From contig OZ024752.1 of assembly GCA_964016885.1 (NCBI GenBank), positions 28,520,001 through 28,584,000 of the forward strand: a stretch of 64,000 nucleotides of DNA, in the 5' to 3' direction. Numbering within the stretch: position 1 is the first letter of the stretch; the number at the start of each line of letters is the position of its first letter. The notes beneath the pieces are model-generated. The model was given only the letters and a program-made list of their open reading frames with translations, was not told the DNA's origin and did not search any database. The stretch comes from Eledone cirrhosa (Eukaryota). This document shows positions 52,010 to 63,440 of the stretch, piece after piece. The position numbers were made by a program, and so were the translations under genes.

Positions 52010-52482
52010 GAACCCTTTCTGCCTTTGGCACTCTTATTTCAGCCTTAAAGAATTAGCTTCTAAAGAATTCCCCTTTTCTTTAAACCATTGAAGCCCTCCC
52101 ATCCTGTAGACACCCGTCTTGCAGGCATTGTTGGTCTAAGTGATAAACAAGGTTTGGTATTCCAATTTTGAATTTGTTTACAGCATTTTTTCTGACATGT
52201 TAATATTATAGCTTTAAAGTATTAGCTTTTAATGAAACTCCCTTTTCTCTTAAATCATTCAACCAATGACCTCCACCCATTCCAACCCCCATCCTCTCCT
52301 ACCACCAGAAAAGAAAGATATAAATATTACCTTTTATTTGGACAGCCAGCTGCCTGATGATTTCTCACGAATGAAACAGTTCTAGTCCTGTAGAAACTCT
52401 TCTATATTAAAACATTTATACTCTGTTATGTATTGAGTACCTTACTTACTGTGGTTACCTCCGATTCAACCCGGAATAACTT
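52010..52482 (+). mobile_element. Family A 3' terminus with hammerhead (core 52354-52392) and extension, ending in (TA)n
   Basis: CTGATGA-TTTC TCAC GAAT-GAAA-CAG..CTG-TA with decayed helix I. Upstream sequence resembles the reverse complement of 14940-15200. Confidence 0.75.
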
Positions 52483-52483
52483 A

Positions 52484-52535
<52 letters not shown>

Positions 52536-52557
52536 GGTATATATATATATATATACT

Positions 52558-52658
<101 letters not shown>

Positions 52659-52899
52659 TTGACCTCAGTATAATTTGAACTCGTTGCGTAGCAATGAGCC
52701 AGAACAAATGCCAAGGCATTAACAACTCTCCCAATATGATGCTTTAAGTAAAAATAATATAAACCAAATGAAATACTAGAGCTTATGGATATATCAACAC
52801 CAAGATTATAAGCTGTTGCGGAAGGGTGTGTAATTTTCATAGTCATTGAGAGGTAAAGTTGGCGACTAAAAGTGGTGTTTAAAATAGGACGATAGATTG

Positions 52900-53105
52900 A
52901 CAGAGTCGCTAGAGCGTCAGACAAATGTTTTGCGGTATTTGTTCTCGTTCTTTGTGTTTTGAGTTCAAACCCGTTGAGATCAACTTTACCTTTTATCCTT
53001 CTAAGGTCGATAAAATAAAGTACTAGTCAAGTACTGGGGCCAATATAATCGGCTTTTCACTTCTCCAATAATTTCAGATTTTGTGCCAAAGTTAAAAACA
53101 ATTAT
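52900..53105 (+). mobile_element. tRNA-derived SINE (older copy)
   Basis: Degenerate consensus match. Confidence 0.75.
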
Positions 53106-54221
53106 TTTCCCAATAAATGTTCACTGTCGCAAAACGAATTGAAGAGACAGAATGGCGTCAACTCCAATTTACCTGATATTTGAAACGTTGGTTATAAGGA
53201 CTGCTTATCGGACAAGCTTGACAGAGCAATTTGTATTCCATCCGGAATATATATCCACGTTGAAAGCGTTTTTTTATGGTAACTACATAAACCTCCACAG
53301 ATACTGACTATTAGATAAGGTAGTATGAGACTAATATCTAAACACACGAATATGGCTGGTTTACACATCTACAGTCGTATACATACGCTATGCACATATT
53401 CACATGACTTATCTATGTATTTCTGTTAGCTTAAATAGATAACAGAATTCAAAAAGACAGTCAAATTGATTTAAAATTACTTTAATGTCAGAAGAAAATG
53501 TAACTGGCAAAATAACAGAACAACCCCGTCCTGATTAATTCCTGAAAGGTAAAATACTCTTTTCGAACATTGAGGCTTATTAGAATATATTTTATTATTT
53601 TTTCTGTGGTGTATGTATATATATAGGGGGTTTGGAAAGTTCTTTCTGTCTCCATCTCCATTTATTTTAATATCCTTTCAACGTTCATTCCTAATGAAAA
53701 AAAGAAATTTCAAATTTTTAGCTTATTAGATTTTTTTTCTTTTGTGAACGTATGTGTTTTTGTTTTTTTTTCGTGTGGCTATAAATTTGTCTCTGTCTCA
53801 ATTTATTTTAATATCCTTTCAACGTTCATTCGTAAAGAAAAAATATTTTCGTGATGGCGGAATGGATTGTATTTCTTCTCGACTATTTCAAGTTTTGTAT
53901 CATTATTTTCGTCAACCAACAGAAAGACATGTTAACTCTCACACATTTCACCTAGTATATATCTCCAATGTAAAGATACAGGAACAATGTATAATTAACC
54001 AGTATTTCGTTATCTATTCCTGTCGAACTAAAATCTTTAGTATGTGTTTCACGCAGTGAACTTAGCTGTTATCGCAAAGAGGATTTAAAGTCTTCCATAA
54101 ACTGTGCAAATTCACAGAATACATCACAAACGTTGTATTATTCCCTGGTGGTTCTTTTGGTGTTTTCTCTACAAAACTTTTCAAGGAGATAACACCAAGA
54201 AGAAATGCCTTTATAATAATA

Positions 54222-54760
54222 ATAAATGGAATAGAATGAAACGAAATTTCATTTCTCACTCTTAGTACGGCAGTCACTTAAATGTAAGTATGTATGTATA
54301 CGTACATACATATATGTATACAGACGTACTGTAGTATGTATATATACACATACATGCACACATATATATATGCACGTATCGGTTTACCGAACATTTATTA
54401 TAATGCTCGGTTTGTTTGTAAAACAAACAAACAGCCCGAATTACGCCGTACAGTGTTTAGGCAACCACGTCACCTTTTTGTTCAACACTGACACAGGAAC
54501 GATGTACTAGTTTCAAGCTTATTAGCTATTGTCAGCATCGTATACCTTCCTGCCAGATGGTTGAACGTCTGAAAGTATATACTTTCCTTATGCATATTAA
54601 CGGCTGAGCAGCCTAATTTGCATATCGAGTGAGTTTAGCCGGCCGGGCGCACCGAAAACGATAAATGGAATACATATATATATGTGTGCATGTATGTATA
54701 TATATACATACTACTGTACGTCTGTATACATATATGTATGTACGTATACATACATACTTA
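54222..54760 (-). mobile_element. Family R1 full ~439-bp monomer plus short inverted arm
   Basis: ATAAATGGAATA at 54222 and 54661 delimits one unit. Hammerhead at 54500-54540 (-) has core CTGACAA. 54673-54760 is an inverted copy of ~54284-54372. Confidence 0.8.
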
Positions 54761-54994
54761 CATATAATAATAATGATTTCTAACATAAGAACAATGCAAG
54801 AATTTTCTGGGAAAGGGGAAATTCGATAACACTGGCCTCAGTAATTGACTGATACTTTCCTCTTTCGACATCGGAACGATAAGAGCCCGAAAAATACTGG
54901 TGAACATAAGCCCAATCATAAACACATGTATAGACAAACACAGGCATACGTGCACATCTATATGGACATCTCTTTCTCTCTGTATATCTATATA

Positions 54995-55290
54995 TCTGGG
55001 GCGGGTTAAATTCCCGAGATCCATGGACGAGTTCTCTCCAGCGGTCTCTGTCCTTCATCATCACCGCCATGTCCTGCGTCTCCAAGAGACCTGTGTCTGT
55101 CCTTAGGGCATCAACATATGTCAACCTCGGTCTACCTCTTCTAGTGTGTCCGTGTAGCGGGTCCCACAGGAGCACTGAGTGTAGTGTCAACTCTGAATGT
55201 CAGTGAGCATGTCTAGCTAACCTCAGTCTCCTCTGTGTTACTTTCGACCTGACTTTTGGGAGGCTGCCGTACAGCTCTGAGTTCTTCATC
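54995..55290 (-). mobile_element. RTE LINE 3' end
   Basis: VLLWDPLHGHTRRGRPRLTYVDAL..DRDRWRELV, same family as 2368-3424. Confidence 0.85.
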
Positions 55291-55306
55291 TCTCTCTCTC
55301 TCTCCC

Positions 55307-55432
<126 letters not shown>

Positions 55433-55509
55433 GAATGGTGTGTTCATGCAGGCAGATGCTATAAAATAGCTCATAAAATAAAGTGAAGACCAATAAATCA
55501 ATACACAAT

Positions 55510-55587
55510 AACAAAAAGTTTGCTCAAAGACAAAAAGTTTGCTCAATGACAAAAAGTTTGCTCAATGACAAAAAGTTTGCTCAAAGA
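55510..55587 (+). repeat. 19-bp tandem repeat, ~4 copies
   Basis: Unit ACAAAAAGTTTGCTCAA(A/T)G. Confidence 0.9.
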
Positions 55588-55757
55588 ACCCAGTCAGAGG
55601 GAACACATAACAAATAATATACCGAGACAAACGTATCAAATACCATTCATAGATATAAACGGCATACGAAAGGCGGAATGGCAAGCAATGAACTTACATA
55701 AAGATGGTGAATACCGATTCTCGAAGCCTATATAGATCAGTGTCGAGCCGAAGAGAA

Positions 55758-55940
55758 ATAATTGTTTCTACTTTTGACACAAGGCCAGCAATTACCCCAG
55801 TGCATTACTGGTGTTTTATTTTATCGATCCTGTAAGGATGAAAGGCAAAGCTAGCCTCGGTTGGACTTGAACTCAGAACGCAAATGGCCATAACTCTATG
55901 CTGTAAAGCATGGTGTCTGATACTCTATCGATATGCGAAA
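55758..55940 (-). mobile_element. tRNA-derived SINE
   Basis: Consensus match. Confidence 0.85.
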
Positions 55941-56308
55941 TTACCATTATTAGATAAAAGACATCAAAAAGATGTTACACTCTCCTCAGTAGGCAACAAC
56001 TTATTATTCACATATAACTCCAGCTGTCAGCCATGCAACCAATATCCCAACTGTGAAAGCATATGTATTATAGCGACAAAACGGAAGAAGACGGGCAAGC
56101 CAAAAGGAATTCTAAAAATAGCTCCTTATTAGACCCATAAGTCAGCTCTACTAAAACTATTAATATCAGGAACAAAGATACGGGAATAATTTTGATTTAT
56201 ACACGAGAATATCGATTATATTTTCTAGTAATCATTCAATGACAAAAAGTTGCGAAAAGAACCTAATTAGAGCAGACAATATTACCAAGATGAACGCATC
56301 CAAGACTA

Positions 56309-56426
<118 letters not shown>

Positions 56427-56432
56427 GAGAGA

Positions 56433-56760
56433 GAAGAATAACATGGTCAACAATACAAAAAAGGGTTTTATTTACAGTCTGACAATTGTTTCACTGATTA
56501 AGTTGTCTAAGAATTGCTCAACACTTGAAGCAGTGCCACTCAATTTTAAATACATTGTTAGCTTAACCAGATCATCGGAGATAACTGTTATATATAACTT
56601 CAAGTGTTCAGCAATTTTTAGACAACTTAATCAGTGAAACAATTGTCAGACTGTAAATAAAACCCTTTTTTGTACTGTTGACCATGTTATTCTTCACTTT
56701 TTCAATATTTTTACTCCAAGATAAACTTACATAGGAATACAGGTGAAATCATAAACTCGC
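56433..56760. mobile_element. Fold-back element with CCGAUGA-core hammerhead-like fold (~56475-56588, minus)
   Basis: 56433-56531 is inverted at ~56598-56695. Minus strand reads TCT-CCGATGA-T-CTGGTTAAG...CTTAATCAG-T-GAAA-CAATTG-TC-AGA. Confidence 0.75.
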
Positions 56761-56886
56761 CACCTACATAAACGCCTTGTTGTGTCAAACAACGCTGTAC
56801 GCTAAAACTATCCATAATACGAAGTATTCACAACCTCTAACTGGATTACCTATAACGATATTTTGTTATCCCTTATATATATATGA

Positions 56887-56952
<66 letters not shown>

Positions 56953-57019
56953 CTGTATATATATATATGTATATATATATATATACATTTATATATATAT
57001 ATATATATATATATATGAA

Positions 57020-57074
<55 letters not shown>

Positions 57075-57079
<5 letters not shown>

Positions 57080-57727
57080 CTTTGGTTTTCCATCATAGAT
57101 CCATCGGATTTATGAGGTTTTACAAAGCGAAACTGATCAGTAAGGGCCACTAGAAGAGGTAAATATTTATATTATATTTTTTAATGTATTTTGAAAAATT
57201 GATTGAATTTTACTTGTTCTGCTTATCTTAATATTAAAGTTCTGGTGTATCAAATTAACACCATTGAACAACCTTGAATCATAGACAACCTATGTATTTC
57301 TAGGGGTACCTAGTATCCCTGGACATATTAACTTCTACCTTTTTCTCCGTCCGTTGAGAACAAATCTGTTGCTCTCTCTACTTGGCTGCTATTTTTTTTT
57401 TTAGTAGTAATTGTAGACAGCAAGTCTTTGATTTTCCCGCTTTTACTTCGGTCCAGTTTACATACGGGTCACTTTTACGACCTTTCAGACCTTTATTAGC
57501 TGGCAGGAGGTTGTATATTTTGTCGTTCCTGGGACGTTTAGCCCTAGGAAGGGAAAATGCTTCTCTGATGAGCTTTGGTTTTCCATCATAAATCCATCGG
57601 ATTTATGAGGTTTTACAAAGCGAAACTGATCAGTAAGGGCCACTAGAAGAGGTAAATATTTATATTATATTTTTTAATGTATTTTGAAAAATTGATTGAA
57701 TTTTACTTGTTCTGCTTATCTTAATAT
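57075..57727 (+). mobile_element. Retrozyme-like partial tandem: 493-bp non-coding unit with 160-bp direct terminal repeats, in (TA)n
   Basis: 57075-57234 repeats at 57568-57727. Each repeat holds hammerhead helices II and III. No ORF of note. Confidence 0.8.
57559..57640 (+). ncRNA. Type I hammerhead ribozyme
   Basis: GCTTCT-CTGATGA-GCTTTG...CAAAGC-GAAA-CTGATCAG-TA-AGGGC. Perfect palindrome ACTGATCAGT. Confidence 0.85.
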
Positions 57728-57876
57728 ATATATATATATATACATGTAAAGTTATATTTAAAATTGTTGGGTTACAACTAGTAAATATTTATAACTGATA
57801 TAAAAGCACTCGACAAATACTTGGAGTATATTTACAATATTAAATAAATGGAAAACTATATTTATAAAACCATATC

Positions 57877-57942
57877 TATTTCATTATATATATTTCGGGG
57901 ATATCATATTAACAATATGCTATGCCTTCATCAGACAAAATA
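57877..57942 (-). ncRNA. Type I hammerhead ribozyme in the left PLE arm
   Basis: Reverse complement of 62578-62643. Confidence 0.8.
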
Positions 57943-58305
57943 CAATATAAACAGTTTTATAGATAAATATATTCGACATACCGTAATAAACATCAACTTC
58001 ATTTGAAGAGGTTCACTCTAGCAGTGAAAATACAGAGAGAAAGAAAGAGAGAGAGAAAAGAGGGAAATAAGAAAGAAAGAAAGACGAAACGAAGAAAAGG
58101 AAGAAAAAGAAGAAAAAGAAGAAATGCATGGGACAAAATAGAGAGATGGAAAAATAGATAAAGCGAAGAGCTTCATGTAAAGAGACCGAAAGATATATAT
58201 ATATATATAGAGAGAGAGGAAATAGAGATAGATACATATATAAATATAGATATAGAAAAATTAGGTAGTGGGAGGTCATTTTGAGTAAGTGTATCAATGA
58301 TGCAT

Positions 58306-58340
<35 letters not shown>

Positions 58341-59780
58341 GCTCAAGTATTAATGTAAGGGAGATATAGAGAGATATAGAGAGATATAGAGAGAGAAAAA
58401 TTTAAAAATAGCCAGACATATTCGAGGCGTAGAAAACCCTATGTTTTAATGTATTAGTATTTATAAAACTTACACTATATTGTAAATATCAGTATTCCTG
58501 AATGAAACAAGTATTCACAATGCGTGAAAATTCATTATCTTATGTTTAGTTTTTTAAAAAATTCATATGTCTATGTGAATCCAACTGATTCACTCCGCAA
58601 ATTCAAAGTTACCGGAAAACATTCTCAATGTGGTATAAACATTTGAGCGTATTATTATTCTTGCGATTACTCTACAAGATTATCTATCAAGCAGAAATAG
58701 AGAGCAGATTTCAATATACTAATCGAAAATATATATTATATTATAAGCAGAGATAACAATAATAATGATAATAAGTAAAAATATATAAAAATATAAAAAA
58801 TATAAAAATATAGAATAGAAAACTAAAAAAGAATATTACGAAAGAATATTACATAATAAAAATATTGCATATTAAAAATACTATGTTTTAAAATTATTAC
58901 GTATTAAAACTTTACATATAAAAATATTAAAAATAAAAATAAAATAAAATAAAAAATAAAAAATAAAAATATAAAAATATTATAGAATACTACAATACTA
59001 AAAGAATAAAAATAAAAATAAAAATAAAAATAAAAATAAAAATAAAAATAAAAATAAAAAATAAACCACAAAGAACAACCCTTCAAGGTTAATTGACAAT
59101 ATATTGCCAAGTTCACTACAAGACAAAGCCAAAAATTATCTATCAAATCACATCTAGCAAGGAATATCGCAAAAAAAAAAAAAAAAAAAAAAAGGTTATG
59201 ATGTCCAATAATGTCTACATATGTTCCTATATTTAATATATAAGTTTATCAAGTGTAAGGTTAATTCATAAAATTTGGAGCATCGGCTTTTAGGGTAGCT
59301 TAATTTTTCATGAGGAATGTTTAGATAAAAATAAAAATAAAAAATAAAAATAAAAATAAATACAATAAAATAAACAGTAAAAAGAGGGAATCAAAGATTT
59401 AGGAATCAAAAGATTTATCGGCTAGTTCTCATATAAATATAAATCAAACTAAATATACTACATTTTAAATTTAAATTTATATTTAAACGTTGAGTTTAAT
59501 CTATGTTTGCAACAACTGAATAAATTTGTCCGTAGGTTAAGGGAATTTTTAGATTTTAGTATAAAGAATATCTCCTCTGCGCAGAGGTCACATGTCTCAG
59601 AGGATGAATTAAAAGGAATCCCTCTTGAGACTATATTCCAAGCCGTCGAATATCTAACGTTATCTAGCTTAAGTTGCCAGAGTACACCTGATAGTGCCGT
59701 TGAAGATTTTTTATTTGGATCTGTGAAAGAATTCTTGTGGTTATTATAGCGAAGTTTAAATTCCGTCGAATTCCATAACT

Positions 59781-61046
59781 ATGGGATCTTCCGACTCAGC
59801 TCAAGTAACTGACCTTGTGGGCTTATTTTTAATTTTTTTAATCAATTCGCTACATAGGAAAATACCTGGTACTACCGGAGGTTTATATAGGGATGACATG
59901 CTTTTACTCATTAATAATAATAACCCTGAACTAAATAGAAAATGTAAACAAATTACAAAATTTTTTAATTACTTTAACCTTAAAATAGAAATTGAGAACA
60001 ACCATAGAATAGTCAATTTCCTAGATATAACATTAAATCTCAACACATGTCTCCACTATCCTTTTCACAAGTTGAATGAAAACTTAAACTATGTCAACTT
60101 TAACTCTAACCACCCCAGATCTGTCAAAAACACTATAGTAAACTCAGTCCAAAAGCGTATCTCTAGGATCTCGTCGAATAGAAAGATTTTTGACGAAAAG
60201 GCCCAATACTATAATGATGCACTAGCTAGGGCAGGGTATGCTGATAAGATTGTGTACATAGATAATGATAAACAAACTAAACAAAGTAACAACTTTTTTA
60301 ATTATGGCAACAACATTAACAACTATAATAGAAAGCATTACAATAATTCCAAAGGACAAAAAAGAAATAGAACTAGGAACATAATTTGGTTTGCCCCCCC
60401 TTTCTCACTAAACATTAAAACCCACATCGCTAAATTATTTTTCAAAGCTCTTGATAATCGCTTCCCTAGAACACATAGGTACCACTCAATCTTCAATAGG
60501 CATACAATTAAATTAACCTATTCATCCACCAAAAATTTAGCACAAAATATTAATAGAATAAATAATAGGAACTTAAAAACTACTGATAATAGCATAAATA
60601 ATATACAAGTTAACAAATGCAACTGTAGAGATAGATCTAAATGTCCGTTAAATAACAACTGCTTAGTTAAAAATATAGTATACAATTGTAATGTTAATAC
60701 TGACTCTAATTCTTTTAACTACGTCGGTTCCACATCGACGGAATTTAAACTTCGCTATAATAACCACAAGAATTCTTTCACAGATCCAAATAAAAAATCT
60801 TCAACGGCACTATCAGGTGTACTCTGGCAACTTAAGCTAGATAACGTTAGATATTCGACGGCTTGGAATATAGTCTCAAGAGGGATTCCTTTTAATTCAT
60901 CCTCTGAGACATGTGACCTCTGCGCAGAGGAGATATTCTTTATACTAAAATCTAAAAATTCCCTTAACCTACGGACAAATTTATTCAGTTGTTGCAAACA
61001 TAGATTAAACTCAACGTTTAAATATAAATTTAAATTTAAAATGTAG
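59781..61046 (+). CDS. PLE reverse transcriptase (C-terminal half) plus GIY-YIG endonuclease, 5'-truncated
   Basis: MGS (end of RT motif 4), GLYRDD, NFLDITL, SNHP, CNCR..CPL..C linker, IVY..YVGST..FKLRYNNH, and CDLC..E..LN..CKH. Confidence 0.9.
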   Translation: MGSSDSAQVTDLVGLFLIFLINSLHRKIPGTTGGLYRDDMLLLINNNNPELNRKCKQITKFFNYFNLKIEIENNHRIVNFLDITLNLNTCLHYPFHKLNENLNYVNFNSNHPRSVKNTIVNSVQKRISRISSNRKIFDEKAQYYNDALARAGYADKIVYIDNDKQTKQSNNFFNYGNNINNYNRKHYNNSKGQKRNRTRNIIWFAPPFSLNIKTHIAKLFFKALDNRFPRTHRYHSIFNRHTIKLTYSSTKNLAQNINRINNRNLKTTDNSINNIQVNKCNCRDRSKCPLNNNCLVKNIVYNCNVNTDSNSFNYVGSTSTEFKLRYNNHKNSFTDPNKKSSTALSGVLWQLKLDNVRYSTAWNIVSRGIPFNSSSETCDLCAEEIFFILKSKNSLNLRTNLFSCCKHRLNSTFKYKFKFKM

Positions 61047-61308
61047 TATATTTAGTTTGATTTATATTTATATGAGAACTAGCCGATAAATCTTTTGATT
61101 CCTAAATCTTTGATTCCCTCTTTTTACTGTTTATTTTATTGTATTTATTTTTATTTTTATTTTTTATTTTTATTTTTATCTAAACATTCCTCATGAAAAA
61201 TTAAGCTACCCTAAAAGCCGATGCTCCAAATTTTATGAATTAACCTTACACTTGATAAACTTATATATTAAATATAGGAACATATGTAGACATTATTGGA
61301 CATCATAA

Positions 61309-61343
<35 letters not shown>

Positions 61344-62179
61344 GATATTCCTTGCTAGATGTGATTTGATAGATAATTTTTGGCTTTGTCTTGTAGTGAA
61401 CTTGGCAATATATTGTCAATTAACCTTGAAGGGTTGTTCTTTGTGGTTTATTTTTTATTTTTATTTTTATTTTTATTTTTATTTTTATTTTTATTTTTAT
61501 TTTTATTCTTTTAGTATTGTAGTATTCTATAATATTTTTATATTTTTATTTTTTATTTTTTATTTTATTTTATTTTTATTTTTAATATTTTTATATGTAA
61601 AGTTTTAATACGTAATAATTTTAAAACATAGTATTTTTAATATGCAATATTTTTATTATGTAATATTCTTTCGTAATATTCTTTTTTAGTTTTCTATTCT
61701 ATATTTTTATATTTTTTATATTTTTATATTTTTATATATTTTTACTTATTATCATTATTATTGTTATCTCTGCTTATAATATAATATATATTTTCGATTA
61801 GTATATTGAAATCTGCTCTCTATTTCTGCTTGATAGATAATCTTGTAGAGTAATCGCAAGAATAATAATACGCTCAAATGTTTATACCACATTGAGAATG
61901 TTTTCCGGTAACTTTGAATTTGCGGAGTGAATCAGTTGGATTCACATAGACATATGAATTTTTTAAAAAACTAAACATAAGATAATGAATTTTCACGCAT
62001 TGTGAATACTTGTTTCATTCAGGAATACTGATATTTACAATATAGTGTAAGTTTTATAAATACTAATACATTAAAACATAGGGTTTTCTACGCCTCGAAT
62101 ATGTCTGGCTATTTTTAAATTTTTCTCTCTCTATATCTCTCTATATCTCTCTATATCTCCCTTACATTAATACTTGAGC

Positions 62180-62214
<35 letters not shown>

Positions 62215-62577
62215 ATGCATCATTGATACACTTACTCAAAATGACCTCCCACTACCTAATTTTTCTATATCTATATTTATATATGTATCTATCTCTATTT
62301 CCTCTCTCTCTATATATATATATATCTCTTTCGGTCTCTTTACATGAAGCTCTTCGCTTTATCTATTTTTCCATCTCTCTATTTTGTCCCATGCATTTCT
62401 TCTTTTTCTTCTTTTTCTTCCTTTTCTTCGTTTCGTCTTTCTTTCTTTCTTATTTCCCTCTTTTCTCTCTCTCTTTCTTTCTCTCTGTATTTTCACTGCT
62501 AGAGTGAACCTCTTCAAATGAAGTTGATGTTTATTACGGTATGTCGAATATATTTATCTATAAAACTGTTTATATTG

Positions 62578-62643
62578 TATTTTGTCTGATGAAGGCATAG
62601 CATATTGTTAATATGATATCCCCGAAATATATATAATGAAATA
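62578..62643 (+). ncRNA. Type I hammerhead ribozyme in the PLE 3' terminus
   Basis: TATTTTGT-CTGATGA-AGG..CATATT GTT AATATG..CC-C-GAAA-TATATA-TA-ATGAAATA. Confidence 0.8.
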
Positions 62644-62691
62644 GATATGGTTTTATAAATATAGTTTTCCATTTATTTAATATTATTTAAT

Positions 62692-62780
<89 letters not shown>

Positions 62781-63234
62781 CTGTATATATATATATGTAT
62801 ATATATTGGAAAATGTGAAAGATCCTTGGTACAGTTAGGTATATTTGAAAAAAGTATACTGTACTGGTGAAGGGTAATCACCCAGAAACATTAGTGTCTG
62901 CAGTTCTGTTTACATGCCAATACAAGAGCAAGAATGACGGTGTCATTCTACTGACATGGCTTTAAAGAGACTGTTTGCATAATTGCAAATGAATCGAATA
63001 TATATATATATGAATGAAAAATGGCGTGCCGCGAGAAACATTAAAGACTAGATCCCTAATATCAGTGCGAGCGATAACTAAATTAAGTTATCGGGACAGA
63101 GGAAAGTGTACAAACAACAGGGTAGTAACGCAACGTAAAGAGAGGAAAAGAGAGACAAGTCAATGAATCTTGTGGGCTTAAGTCCGACAAATCAAGGTCT
63201 ATTTTTATTCATATATATATATATATATATATAT

Positions 63235-63440
63235 AACGAAGGAAATGTGGTAAGGAACCAGATGGACCATAACGCACCAAAGTACTCAATACTTAGGGTA
63301 GTAGAGTGGGTAATAGGAACGAGTAGGACCCCGACGGCTGAGCTCAAGCCGTTTCGACGGCTAATTCTGGACTCTAATTCAGTCCAGAATTAGCCGTCGA
63401 AACGGCTCGAGTTCAGCCGTCGGGGTCCTACTCGTTCCTA
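63235..63440. mobile_element. Family B asymmetric fold-back
   Basis: 63314-63372 is inverted at 63381-63440, with the extension on the left arm adjoining (TA)n. Confidence 0.85.

Larger units (their letters stand above)
57743..62696. mobile_element. Penelope-like retroelement (Naiad-like), 5'-truncated, with ~1.96-kb inverted arms, in (TA)n
   Basis: ~57833-59769 is the near-perfect reverse complement of 60735-62696. Identical peptides occur on opposite strands in the ORF track. It has an RT/GIY-YIG ORF and hammerheads at both ends. Confidence 0.92.

Noticed and set aside
58013-62507. Duplicated 94-aa and 80-aa ORFs on opposite strands
   Set aside because: They are by-products of the PLE inverted arms (low-complexity UTR or antisense of the endonuclease), not genes.
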